A DNA stretch of 64,000 bases from Macrostomum lignano. Lineage: Eukaryota. Positions 38,301 through 50,107 of this stretch are shown here, piece after piece. How positions within the stretch are numbered: position 1 is the stretch's first letter; each line of letters opens with the position of its first letter. The position numbers and the translations under genes were made by a program. The notes beneath the pieces were generated by a model, which was not told the DNA's origin, did not search any database, and saw nothing but the letters and a program-made list of their open reading frames with translations. The stretch is taken from assembly GCA_002269645.1 (NCBI GenBank), contig NIVC01000044.1, forward strand, positions 119,498 through 183,497, read 5' to 3'.

Positions 38301-39012
38301 TCAGTTCCAATCTCACAGTCTGTCAGTTCCCATCTCACAGTCTGTCAGTTCCAATCTCACAGTCTGTCAGTTCCAATCTCACAGTCTGTCAGTTCCCATC
38401 TCACAGTCTGTCAGTTCCAATCTCACAGTCTGTCAGTTCCAATTCTACAGTCTGTCAGTTCCCATCCCCCAGTCGGTCAGTTCCCATCCCCCAGTCTGTC
38501 AGGGAATTAGCCAGACTCCCCAGAAGTGAGCACAGCAAGCAGCCCATACTGACCATGGCAATGGAATCCTTATCAAACTGATTGCCGGGCGTGTGCTCGG
38601 GGAAATGATGCAGCACTTTGCACTTGTAGCTCCGTTCCAAGGGTGGAGTGCGCAGCAGCTCGGCTTCGGAATCGCCTTCGCCTGATGGTACAGAAATTGT
38701 TTATTGATTCTAGTCTCTTTCAGGCAAGATTTAAAGCGCTAAATATGGAAAGATTTTCCAAGAAACACTACACTACACTAAACTCTGTCAGTTCGAATCT
38801 CACAGGGTTGGCACTCATGGCTGTGAATCGCACAACCCCCCCTGAGCTGCCTTGACAAATTACCCAGCCCTCCTACCTGTGGCATTGAAGTGCTCCAGTC
38901 CCATCTCCAGATCCAAGCCAACAACATAAAAATAGTCGACAAGATTCTGGGACTCGGCTGGTTCATCATCAGCTGTGGAAGCAGTGGACTGTTGTTGCTG
39001 CCTCTGCGACAT
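19920..39012 (-). CDS. DENND5: DENN domain-containing protein 5 (RAB6IP1) homologue: uDENN-cDENN-dDENN-RUN1(partial)-PLAT-RUN2, ~1341 aa
   Basis: Exons with canonical splice dinucleotides and consistent phases: 39012-38877 ([17 protein letters not shown]), 38681-38554 ([16 protein letters not shown]), 37384-36748 ([35 protein letters not shown]), 35059-34872 ([26 protein letters not shown]), 34776-33973, 31672-31339 (FDKSAF..FLETQMF), 28905-28646, 25625-25500 ([15 protein letters not shown]), 23139-22875 ([21 protein letters not shown]), 21756-20816 (PLAT: [15 protein letters not shown]; RUN2), 20126-19920 (ends [11 protein letters not shown]). Motifs match DENND5A/B as I recall them. Confidence 0.93.
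20330..20790. repeat. GGTAGGCAGATA-type degenerate repeat (DENND5 last intron)
   Basis: Direct inspection. Confidence 0.9.
21770..22020. repeat. GATTTGATGGGTTG-based repeat (intronic)
   Basis: Direct inspection. Confidence 0.9.
22245..22790. repeat. 30-bp unit GAGCCAGATTGATGACCCAGAGATGCCAAT (intronic)
   Basis: Direct inspection. Confidence 0.95.
23255..25460. repeat. 40-bp unit GTGGGGAATTGATATTAACAAATGGGGATCTCGGAAGCCA, ~2.2 kb (intronic)
   Basis: Period 40 (23761, 23801). Confidence 0.97.
25855..25940. repeat. (TTA)n(TAG)n compound microsatellite
   Basis: Direct inspection. Confidence 0.9.
26200..27120. repeat. Polypurine 18-bp unit GAAGAGGAGAAGAGAGGG (intronic)
   Basis: Almost pure G/A for ~900 bp. 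Confidence 0.95.
27346..27381 (-). CDS. DENND5: Candidate 36-nt frame-preserving microexon of DENND5 ([12 protein letters not shown])
   Basis: Pyrimidine tract plus TGCAG acceptor at 27382 and GTAAGT donor at 27345. Phase 0-0 matches the flanking exons. It lies between two intronic satellites. Confidence 0.5.
27620..28445. repeat. 30-bp unit GTGATGTTGGTGAACAGTGAGATTATAGCT (intronic)
   Basis: Direct inspection. Confidence 0.97.
29030..29111 (+). tRNA. tRNA-Ser (CGA)
   Basis: Acceptor stem GTCGCGA/TCGCGAC, A box TGGCCGAGTGG, anticodon arm TTGGA-CT CGA AA-TCCAA, long variable arm, T-loop GGTTCGAATCC, followed by an oligo-T Pol III terminator. Confidence 0.97.
30569..30594 (-). rRNA. Isolated 26-nt fragment of 28S rRNA (pseudogenic)
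   Basis: The reverse complement GGTAAACGGCGGGAGTAACTATGACT is the conserved LSU segment immediately 5' of the R2/I-PpoI site. Confidence 0.7.
31790..32415. repeat. (GACA)n microsatellite with CTAA interruptions (intronic)
   Basis: Direct inspection. Confidence 0.95.
33035..33895. repeat. 23-bp unit GGATTGGGGCGATTCTCAGGGTT (intronic)
   Basis: Direct inspection. Confidence 0.97.
35421..36739 (+). mobile_element. Mariner (DD34D) DNA transposon, near full length, in a DENND5 intron
   Basis: TA target duplication at 35419-20 and 36740-41. TIRs of ~28 bp (GGGTTGTCAGAAAAGTTCTGTG core). Transposase motifs WVPHLL, DETW, HDNA and YSPDLSPCD, with D34D spacing (36371 to 36476). Confidence 0.96.
35591..36641 (+). 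pseudogene. Mariner transposase with a small frameshifting deletion near 36510
   Basis: Open from MAHSVP to PRIKES. The expected C-terminus ([21 protein letters not shown]) lies in another frame and ends at 36641. Confidence 0.85.
37400..38500. repeat. 22-bp unit TCTCACAGTCTGTCAGTTCC(A/C/G)A (intronic)
   Basis: Fills almost all of DENND5 intron 2. Confidence 0.97.
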
Positions 39013-39330
39013 GGTCTGATTTGAACACTTTCCACTGGGCGCGTTGACGAAATCAGAAAATCAGATCTTTAGTACAGTGCCACCAACAGCACTAGTTAAA
39101 GCGAGTACTGCTTGTAACTCGAACTTCCGAGTATAGAACAGACAGTTTCCTGAACAGTCACTGAAGTTGATATTATTTAAAGCATTAAATAATTAAAAAT
39201 ATTTACAGGTCTCCAATTAGATAAAATAAAGCAAATGCTGTAAAATTATTATTCATTAGTACATATTTAAATTATATACTTACATATATTGGTGTATATT
39301 ATCTGCTTAACTAAAAACAACAAAAACTAT

Positions 39331-39523
39331 GGGCCGTATGCAGAAAGCTCTGTCTAGGGTAGTCCGGTCTTGAAAAGCTAGTCTAGACTTGGATTTGGTA
39401 TGCAGAAACACAAAGTTAGACCAGTCTACTATAGCAGAACTAGGCTAGCTAGACCATAGACTATAGACTGAACTACCCAAGTCCGGACTAGCTAGTCTGG
39501 ACTAGGCTTTCTGCATACGGCCC
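39331..39523. mobile_element. MITE (Harbinger/Tourist-like), 193 bp
   Basis: TIR GGGCCGTATGCAGAAAGC / GCTTTCTGCATACGGCCC; TAT flanks on both sides. Confidence 0.85.
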
Positions 39524-39743
39524 TATATGTCATAAAACAATGATACTCATTGCAGATGAGTCCATAAACTATTGGGGATTCCTCTCAAATATGACCTCAA
39601 GTTTGGGACTTGGTCAAGCCTAGACTAAGCTAGATTCTTCTTTTTTCCACCTTGCCATCTTTTAGTTAATTGATAGATAAAATGACTTTTCAAAAAATCA
39701 AAGAATTTATTAGGACGATATTAGATATTGAATGCTACAGTAA

Positions 39744-40962
39744 ACGGCCGCAACGCGGTACAGTGACACAGATCCTCGCACTCCGCCGTGTCATCGAGGA
39801 GGCGCGCATCCGCCAGTCTACGCTGATCATTGTCTTCGTTGACTTCCGAAAGGCGTTTGACTCGGTGTTGAGAGCCGCTCTCCCCTTTGTCCTTCGAGCC
39901 TACCGGGTGCCCCAGCAGCTAATCGACGCTGTCATGGCGCTGTATCGCGATACTCGAGCTGCTGTGGTGACGGCGGACGGCCTGTCTGACCTGTTCGACA
40001 CTTCATCAGGAGTTCTGCAGGGAGACACCTTGGCGCCGTTCCTCTTCGTGCTGCTCCTGGACTGGGTGCTTCGGACCGCACTCCCCTCGGCTAACGACGG
40101 CTTCCTGCTGCGCAGACGCATCGGTCGCCGCCACGGCGAAAAGCTTGGCTACGCCGACGACCTCGCCCTCCTGTCCTCGTCTGTTGGAGGCGCCCAGCGC
40201 CAGATCGACAGGCTGGTCGAGGTAGCATCGAGCGTCGGTCTGGTTGTCAACACGCTAAAGACCAAGGTGCTGACTGTGCCGGCCGACATCCCAGCAGACC
40301 TGACATGCCGCGGCGCAGACGGGCAGACGACCAGGCTCGCACGCTGCCAGCGGTTCACCTACCTCGGCGGTCTGGTGCCCCACGTGGAAGAAGACCTCCG
40401 GCGGCGCAGAGGACTTGCCTGGGCGGCCTTTCGTTCGATCCGAGCCGTCCTCCAGTCCGAAGCGCTGCCCGACCGCCAGAGGGCTCGGCTGTGGCAGGCG
40501 GTGGTCGAAACCGTCCTGCTCTACAACGCCGAGACGTGGACGCTGACGGCTACGCTGGAGCGGCAGCTGGACTCGGCGCACTCGGGCTGCTCCGTGCGGC
40601 CTTTCGAGCTGACGAGAGCGTCGGGACCGAGGCCCTGTACGATCGGGCCAAGCTGCAGCGCCCGTCCACCATCCTGCGCCGACGGCGACTCCAACTGGCG
40701 GGCCACGTGATCCGGGCCGAGGGCTACTGCCCCCAACCCGTTCAGGACGTCCTGCTGCTCACCTTGCAGGGCCCGTTCAGGCGGGATCAGGCCCGAACCC
40801 GTCGATACGTGGACTGCCTGCTGTGCGACGCTGGGGCGCCCGACACTGCCAACGGAGCGGATTTCGTTCGCTCCCAGGCTCTGCGGCGCGCCATCTGACG
40901 CGCCCTGCTCTAACTGACCTTGCTTGCGGGGCCGCGTATTTTGTTGTTGTTGTTGTTGTTGT
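39744..40962 (+). mobile_element. 5'-truncated non-LTR retrotransposon (RTE-like RT) with (GTT)n tail
   Basis: RT motifs FVDFRKAFDSV, GVLQGDTLAPFLF and YADD. Frameshift at ~40585; ORF ends 40898. (GTT)n tail at ~40942-40962. 11-bp TSD TGCTACAGTAA at 39733-39743 and 40963-40973. Confidence 0.92.
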
Positions 40963-41980
40963 TGCTACAGTAATAATTCATGGATTTTTTGCATTTGTTG
41001 TAAGTGTTATATGAGTTTTTAACTCTTGGGGTCAACTATATATCTCTAGTATAGTGCATAGGCATATAGTAGTAACCAAATAATTTTTAATGTTTTTTGC
41101 ATTTATCTATGACTTATATCATCTTGCCAATTTTAAGTCATGGTTTCAATATTATTTATTGCAGATGGAACACATATCAGATTTTACCAAATCTGAATAC
41201 CAAATATTTATATATAAACTTTCTGAATAATGAATACCAAATACTGAATATCAAATACTGAATACTGAATACCAAATACCAAATATTTATAGACACAACC
41301 TTCGAATGAATTGACATTTTTATCCCATTTAAAAAGCAAAACAACTGTTGGATTTTTTCAACTTATGACACAAGTTGCACCAAATTCAAATATCACAGTC
41401 AGCCTCTATACCAGTTTTTCCCACTATTTCTGGGACAACCCTTGTACTTTAAAATCTTTAAAATTGGACTGTATGTTAGACTGATAAACATAAAGAATAT
41501 ATTGCTTTTTAATGCTGTCAATTTTTTATATCTATAGCCATTTTGTGTGCTTTATATATTATATTTATATATAAATATTTATTTTCATATCTAACAATAT
41601 ACTTTTATACTTATGATAAGGCATCAAAAAATCTTTGCTGATCATAAATAGTAACTTTATATTCAATGTGACTATACTGTATAGTACTTTCCCTGTTATA
41701 ATAAATATCAATGCAAAGGTCATTATTATTATAGATGAAATATATTTATAATTCTAAAGAAAAATGACACTTACTTAGTCTTGAATTTAATTTCAATATG
41801 ACTAAAAGCTATTAGTTTTTCTAATACTATTACATTGCATTTGAAAATTTCTATAAATATACTTAACTTGATAATATTATAGCTATAAATAGGCCTACCT
41901 ATTGAATAGGCCTAATATCAATGTTTAATATGATGTCTTAGTTATTTAATTACATTTATAGATTATAAATTTACATATAT

Positions 41981-43390
41981 ACAAGGGTCATCCAAAAATT
42001 TCAACAATTGAATGGTTTTGTGCCATAGACAACTTTTGGGACTATAGCACTTAGACCACAATAAAGATAAACATATTTTGGAATTTGGATATCTGAGTAA
42101 GTTTTTGCATTCTAGTTGTCAAATGCTATTTTCTAAAGAACATTTTGTGAGATATTAAATCAAACATTGGCTAACAATGATTGATCAGAATTTCTGTTGA
42201 ACTTGGAGCAGCATTCTTATAATAAAACAGAATGCCTTTGTGGTGTCCCTGCAGCTCAAGTTCATCATCAGTTGCTGCAAGCTCATGGGCCAAATGGGAT
42301 AAGCCAGTAAGCTATGTACAACTAGTACAGTAAATTCAAGAATAGCTGCTTTGATGTCAAGGATGATCTACAATTTGGAAGGCCAAAGGGAACTTGCATA
42401 GATTTAAACATTGAATTTATCCAAAGGCTGCTAAACATTGATCACCATTGGAAATGCAAAGGAATAACAGAGCTATTCTATGGAATTCCTTTGTCGAGTG
42501 TGCATTAGATCCTTATCCAAGATCTTAGACTGCAGAAGGTCATAGCCAAGTGGGTGCCATACGAGCTCGTACTATCTCACAGATGACAACAAGGCACACC
42601 AGGTGACAACTGCTTAGTAGCTTCTACATTGGTTCAAGAAAGAGTTCAGCTTTCTTAGACCATGTTGACTTAGATCAGCTTGTACAAGACCAACCTCAAG
42701 AGATAGAACTCTGAGTGGCAGTCAAAAAAGTTCTGCCTAGCTATCAAGTCAAGACCATCAGTTCTACGATGCACCAAGAAAACTAGCAAGATGATGATCA
42801 TTGCATGCTACTATAGTTTTGGTATTATTTTCATCCACTGCATTCCTGAGGGCCAAAACATCAACCAGCAATATTATTGGAGCTTTATAATTGATTATCT
42901 TTGGCCTGCCCTATGCAAAAAGTGGCCATAGATCCTGGAACTTGGTCTACTCCTGCATAACAATGCCAGTTTATATATAACCCACATTGTGTAGGACCTA
43001 CTGCGGGACTACTAGTGGGATGTGCTGCCTCATCCTCCTTACTCTTCAGACCTCAGTCTTTATGATTTTGACCTTTTCCAAAGCTTAAAATCTAGTTCCA
43101 AGGTGTTGTTTCCATTGCCTAGATAGTTTCAACCTAGGCCTACTTTGGCAAAATAATTTATTTTACATCTATTTTAAACTAAAAATTCACTTTCGCCAAA
43201 GAATTCCTTCATTGAAATGGGCTGCACCCGCCTAGATAACCTGTTTACTGTGTTTAGTGAGGTTAGCTGCATTGCAAAAGACATAGGGCCTATATAAATC
43301 TGGCCCTGCTAACAGCATCCAGAAGTTGCCTGGCTGCTGGGAGCACACAATTCAAACCAACAGAAGTTATTTTGAAAGGTTTTTGAGCTG
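41981..43390 (+). mobile_element. Old degenerate mariner
   Basis: Left end TA-CAAGGGTCATCCAAAAA. Remnant motifs KVIAKWVPYEL (~42540), LLHNNA (~42950) and LPHPPYSSDLSLYDF (~43025), with many stops. Right TIR not found. Confidence 0.8.
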
Positions 43391-44235
43391 TAGACAACCT
43401 TGGCTACTAGCCTGCTACTAAGCCCTACACCATTACAACTAAAGGGTCTAAACTAGGGTCTATGAAATTTTGTTAAAAATCTAAGCCAGGTTTTAACTTT
43501 TAGGTTTATGTAAATGTTAAAAAATAGAATTCTAACAATGAAACTATTACTCTTATTGCTCTATTTTTACTAAAGCATGTAGCATCTAGTGATCTAGGCA
43601 TAGGCATAGCATAGATCTAGACTGATACAGTGATACTGATAGATCATAGACCTAGTATATGGTCCAGATTTTTTATCTTTGACTATAGTAAAATTTAGAT
43701 TTAACTGATTGAGCCAAAAATATTTTACAAAAAAACAAAACAAGTTAAAGATAAAACAAACTATTTTTAAAACTGAATCTGGAGGCCTCAAGCCTGCTCT
43801 ATAACCTCTATCTCTATTCTATGGTAAAAAACCATTGGCATTATCTACCTCAAATAGACTTGAAGAATTTATTTATTATATGCCACATCACTTTCTGTAC
43901 TAACAAAAATATATCATAATTGGTCCTGTTCTTTGAGAAACTTACTTACTTTAACTTTGCATGTCGGTGTGGTTGCAGTGCATGAGTTAGCTAATATTGT
44001 AGTCTTTAAAGACGTGTACACAATTGTCGTACAAGTTCTTGGAAATCGAGTTTTAAAATGACGTTTCAAATCGTTAACTTTTGCGTCTTTCATGCGTGAA
44101 GACTTTCTGCTTCCAATGAGTGAATTTCTTAGTATTACAGGCGAAATGCAAGATACATTTCCAATTATACTGACTTTTTATGGTAAAATTATGTTTTGTA
44201 ATTTAGAGCGCTCAAGGGATGCCAATCTGACCATA

Positions 44236-44450
44236 TCTAGGGATGAAACCTGGATCCCATTTTTGACCCTGAAACAAGGGATGAGACGCCGTGTTTGGGC
44301 GAGAAGAGGATCCAATCCCCTGGTCAAGGCTCACCGCGACAAGCACTCCAAGAGATCATCATCATCAGAAACTCAAGTCGGACATCCAGAACAAGCGTCG
44401 GTCAGGTGAGAAGCCGTACCTTTTGCACCATGACAACGCACGTCCCCCCC
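44236..44450 (+). mobile_element. Internally deleted mariner transposase fragment
   Basis: DETWIP at 44242 and LHHDNARP at ~44425 are only 190 nt apart, versus 282 nt in the intact copy at 35421. Confidence 0.75.
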
Positions 44451-44454
44451 AGTG

Positions 44455-44790
44455 TCCGCATTGTCGGAATAATGCCGGAATATTATGTCAGCATCATGCC
44501 AGACTGAATGTCGCGACGAGATCCAGGCATAATGTTAGCATGAAGTGCCAGTGTAATGCTGCTTTTATGCCAACTATATGCGACTGATATGCCTGTTCAA
44601 TTACGTAGTTAACCAATGTACTTCGTAGCATTGTGGCTGCATTGTTGGAATAATGCTGGCATATCATGCCAGACTGAATGTCGCGACGGGATCCAGGCAT
44701 TATGTTAGCATGAAATGCCAGTGTAATGCTGCTTTTATGCCAACTATATGCGACTGATATGCCTGTTCAATTATATAGTAAACCAATGTA
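44455..44790. repeat. Two-copy ~170-bp tandem duplication
   Basis: ATCATGCCAGACTGAATGTCGCGAC at 44493 and 44663. Confidence 0.85.
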
Positions 44791-45109
44791 CGCCGTAGCT
44801 TTCTGTGGCTCATAAATAATGCAATTGTTGTCCAATTATTACAATGAAGCACTTAACCCTTTTTGAACTCCACAAGGCTTTAATTAGGCTTTAGGAAATG
44901 GTACAAAAGAACTAAATACGAGTGTATTGTAAAAAAGACGGCGCAGAAAAGTATTTTTTTAACATCGAAAACAATGGTAGGAACATGTTTTTAGTTCTTT
45001 AATTCTTTTATAATTTAACTTAAATAGTAACTTAAATAGCATGGGAAAACAGAAACATAACAACATAAAAATATAAACAGAATATAGCAACAAAAACAAC
45101 ATACAAAAG

Positions 45110-45580
45110 TTATAAGCAGATACTTCTTTAAAAGATAGGGTCCCAAATACAGCAAAGAGTCTGAATTCTGTTGCCTTAAAATGAGAAAGCTTGGTATCAA
45201 ATCGCCTTGGCCGTCACTGAAACTCATTTGGTATAAATTTTGCCAAAGAAATCGACTTTTCAGACAGCTCAGCCAAAGCAGTTGGGTGTAATTTACAACG
45301 AAGACAAAAACCCTTTACAGTGGAGAAAAAACTTTAACAATTGGCGAACAACTCCCAAACAAACAGAATGTTAGTAATCAACAGGGAAACCAGACTGCAA
45401 GTTTGCATTGTCAATGAGTGGCGAAATCTGCAGTTGGTTATTCTCAAGACCAGATTTGTAGTCTGCATCTGTTCTTTTAATGCCTACAAAAGTTTTGTAA
45501 ACCACCCTATCTTCAGCGAAACTTCTTCAACCTTGACAGTAATTGCATCCCAGCTTCGAAGCATGTGACTTTGAATTTGC
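45110..45580 (-). mobile_element. Fossil EnSpm/CACTA-type transposase fragment
   Basis: Manual translation: GCNYC..RTD..SPL..FPVDY*HSVCLGVVRQLL..EFQ*RPR..FKATEFR..LLYLGP, matching the DY(M/L)HxVCLGV and KATEFR motifs of animal EnSpm-like transposases as I recall them. Confidence 0.65.
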
Positions 45581-48500
45581 ATTGTTCAAATTGAATGCTC
45601 ATCTGAAATAAGAAATAATGCATGAATTGGACTTTAGATAACATGTTTATTTGGCTTTTAACTCCCACTTACAAACTTTTCTTTTTTCAATTCCCATAGT
45701 CTTCTCCTCTCCTTTCTACCACTTATATAGTTGTCTAATATATATCTATTATTCTTTTCCAATCCCTGTCTTTCCTTCTCTTAGAATCTTAGATAAACTG
45801 ACTATTAAGGAAGAAAATACTTAATACTACTCAATACTTAATATTTAATATTATATACTATAGAATATTTTCCCAATTGGCATAGAATTATGTAGATAAT
45901 GCTGCTCCTAGTCCTAGTCTTATCCACATAGTAAACTAATAAAATTGATTGATCTTTGTCAATATATACCATGAAAATAATGTCCCTCTTTAACAACATG
46001 CTATACTTGCAATATATAAAAATATTAAACTACACATTAACATAATACACTGCATATTAACTGCCTTTGCTATACTTAATATTGTATCAATATATCGTAT
46101 TTAGACATTTAATCATGAAAATATCATGAACATTACAATATAAAAAATAAAAAATTAGAATTTAAAAAGCCATAATAAAGTCTTAAACTATGATGGAAAA
46201 AATATATTTATCACATTTTTAATATTGCTAAAAAATTGATATTCAATTTAAATTTTTTGTTTATAGAATTTGCCTTTATATATTATTATATTATATTTAT
46301 TTTTTGTAGGTAACCAAATAAATCCTATTAAATCAAAATAAATTGGCACTTTATAGTTAAATTAGTAATTAAATAACAATAATATAAGATATAATGCCTA
46401 GGTTTATTTTTTGGCCATATGGGATTTTTTGGCCCCTTGAAAATCTCATTGGCAATTGGATTTTTGGCATCAGAGGCCAATCTAGCAACTTTATTTCCCT
46501 GTGCCAGTTGCCACTTTCAGAAAATGATTTTACAAGTATAATAAAAATGTTATAGGCCTATTAATCTAAGTTGATGCAAAAACAAAGTTGCAAAAATGGA
46601 CAATTTCAATGTCAATTTAATACCAAGTCCCAAACTGTTTCATTCACATAGTCATATAGTGTATCCATGTTTTAATGAGCCCTAGAAATATCTAGATCCT
46701 CAAGAATGCGGGTAGTTAGGTTGCCAGTGGGCAACCAAAAATAGCCATTGGCAACTGGATTTCTAACCTTAAAAAAACCTAGGCTTTATATATATACAGA
46801 GTAAATTAAGGGCCTATTCATTAGGCCTAACTTATAAATATAAAAGGTTAAACCTTTTTTTGCCTTATACAATAATATACTATAGGCCTAGCTATGTTTA
46901 TAACCTATAATTAGGCCTACAATGAATTATTATTCTGTCTATAGATATTTAGATAAGTACTTTACTATAAGTAGACCTCTTAAAGGCTTAAGTGTCCCAG
47001 TAAATAAAATAGTTAAGAAACTGGAAAAAGCCTATTGTCTGATTTCAACATTTGTTTCATTGATTTAGATAAAACTTAAAATTAGTTTTATCCTTTTTTG
47101 ACAACTGAATATGTAATTGTTTGCTATTTGCAATATAAACTACAAGGAACAGTATTATATCATATCATATTTTAACAGCAATTTATACAACAAAGCAACT
47201 AAAAACTGGTGTAGGCCCTATATAAAATATGACAAGTACAATATTTCACATAGGCCTATGCCTATAGAGCCTAGGCTAGTACATTAACATATATAACTTC
47301 GTAATATCATATACAGCCTTAGAAAATTGTCAGACTGCACCCACTACTATTGCTAGAAACTAATATACAAATGCCTTGTTAGAAAAGGTATTTTTCTGCG
47401 CATACATATAAAAGCCAGTACAATTGATCGAGACAGACTAGGCCTAAGACAAATGAGTGTAAAAAGCATCAATTAAAAATGTGCTATATTTTTGTTCAAT
47501 ATTGTTTAATATTTATTATTATAACAAAAAATAAAAACATGTATAACTACTATAGCCAAAAGATAACATAGCTTAAAATAAACCATCTAAATATTACTTG
47601 TATGACTACTATTTGTAGTCCATTCAGTATATATAAGAAACATGTACAATTCAAATTATATCAAATCGACGAAATGAACAAGCATTTGCATGCTGTATAT
47701 ATGCAAAAATTATGAAGACAGTAAAATTTGTCAATGGGTATCTTTGAAGACTATTATAAATTTGGGACTATTCAGGAACCTGCATAAAATCTTTTCCTTC
47801 TAAGTTTCTCAAAGTCATATTTTTAGCACTTAATGCCTTAATTGTGCCGTGGCATGCACAGGCCAAATTTATTCCAGTTTGATGCTGCGCCTAAAAAAGA
47901 AAGAATTGCTGGCAAAACTGAAAGCACTTTCAATAAATATCAAACAGATATCAATGCAACACAAATTTGGAATTTTTTTGCTTGTCAAAAATATGCTGAC
48001 GCGTCAGCATAATTACGGCATAATGCTGACATCATGGACACTGGGCCACGCGGCCAAGACGACAGAGGAGACGATCGAGGCTCAGGCAAATTTTGAGCTG
48101 CTCTCACCCACCCTTACTCTCCGGATATCTCAGCAATCCCCCCCCCCCAAGCCTTGACATCTCAAGACATAAACACTTTTAAATGACACTTCTAATATGT
48201 TTGACTTGACGCTTCTTGCATTCTTGCGTACTCCTGCAGAAGGCTCCTGCAGAAACTTTTATACTCCCTGCAGGAGTACAAAAGTACACTCAATTTTGCA
48301 CTTTTCTATACATTTTAAACAATCTATACAATTACGAGTATCTTTCAGTGCACATTTGGCTTGGCACATTCATGCTAATGTTTCATGCTAAATACTTCTT
48401 GCGCCTAAACAATTGACCGTGAACTATTGGTCCTATTATTCTATTTACTATAACAGAACTGCTAATTCTGCCTTATGCGAGGATATTGAAAGGTGCTAAA

Positions 48501-49029
48501 TTTTTGTTGAAAAAATACACAAGCTCCAATCTACCGTATATACAGCTGGAAGAAGTTGCATTGGTGACAATGACGCAATCAATTTTGATGCATTTATAGT
48601 TAGCGAAGATCTGTTGTTGGTGCCATTGTTCCACACACCACAGGCAATGCCGAGAATTCGCACCTCAGTGTGTTTACACGTTAAGGAACCAAGCATCCCA
48701 AGGGGCTATAATATTGCACAGGTATTCTATTCATAAGTTACGCAAGCCTATGCAATATTATCATTAGAGTTTGCAGCAGATGTGCGATTTCAGTCTAAAT
48801 AAAATTACTGTTTAAAACAGACGGTCAATTTTATATGGCTACATAATACGAGCGTAGTAAATCAAATTTACCTTGAATTGTTTCAGTGTTTCTCCCGAGA
48901 GTTTGACGCCTGGCTACCTTTATCACCCGAAACACCTCAAAATTGGGCTCTGAGCTGTGTTTATCTCGAGGCATTTTGACTTTTAATATTTATTAGGGCA
49001 CTGCACTGATCAAGTTTGTGAGACGCCAG

Positions 49030-49650
49030 TTTATGGAAGACCAAAGGGGTTTATGAGCCGTCAAATTGGTTTATGGAAGATCTTTATGAGCCGCCAAATT
49101 GGTTTATGGAAGACCAAAGGGGTTTATGAGCCGCCAAATTGGTTTATGGAAGATCAAAGTGGTTTATGAGCCGCCAAATTGGTTTATGGAAGACCAAAGG
49201 GGTTTATGAGCCGCCAAATTGGTTTATGGACGACCAAAGGGGTTTATGAGCCGCCAAATTGGTTTATGGAAGATCAAAGTGGTTTATGAGCCGCCAAATT
49301 GGTTTATGGAAGATCAAAGTGGTTTATGAGCCGCCAAATTGGTTTATGGAAGATCAAAGTGGTTTATGAGCCGCCAAATTGGTTTATGGAAGACCAAAGT
49401 GGTTTATGAGCCGCCAAATTGGTTTATGGAAGATCAAAGTGGTTTATGAGCCGCCAAATTGGTTTATGGAAGATCAAAGGGGTTTATGAGCCGCCAAATT
49501 GGTTTATGGAAGATCAAAGTGGTTTATGAGACGTCAAATTGGTTTATGGAAGATCAAAGTGGTTTATGAGCCGCCAAATTGGTTTATGGAAGATCAAAGT
49601 GGTTTATGAGCCGCCAAATTGGTTTATGAGATGCAAACTTGGTTTATGGA
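49030..49650. repeat. 40-bp unit TTTATGGAAGATCAAAGTGGTTTATGAGCCGCCAAATTGG
   Basis: Period 40. Confidence 0.95.
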
Positions 49651-50107
49651 AGAGTAGGAAGACCAAAAAACTTTTAGAGGGTTGGATTCGCTTCTAAGAA
49701 ATTATTCCTGATTCTAGGGTTTATTATGTACTGGGCAAGCGAAGCGATTGTGCCTAAGTAGACGAAATACAGGTTTAATTACAGGTGAAACCTATTAGAG
49801 AACCTTTAAGACTTAACTAATTATTCAATTTTGGGGGTTGCGATTCTATATTATACTTAAAAGCTTTCCTATATAGATTGTGGCAACCCCTTACCCAGCT
49901 GGTATAGACACCTGTTCAATGTGCAGTCAAGGATTTCAGATGCGATTCTATAATTGCATGCCTGCATACATATATACCGAATTGCAAATGCAGCTAAATG
50001 TATGGCTAATATAAATCTAAGATGTTAAAACAAACCCATGCAGTTTTAAATCACAATTAAGATCTGTCATTCAAAAGTCACACACTTTACTAGACTTTAA
50101 ATCTATA

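Noticed and set aside
39670-39743. N-terminus of the 346-aa RT ORF
   Set aside because: Lies upstream of the TSD, so it is flanking host DNA read in frame by chance.
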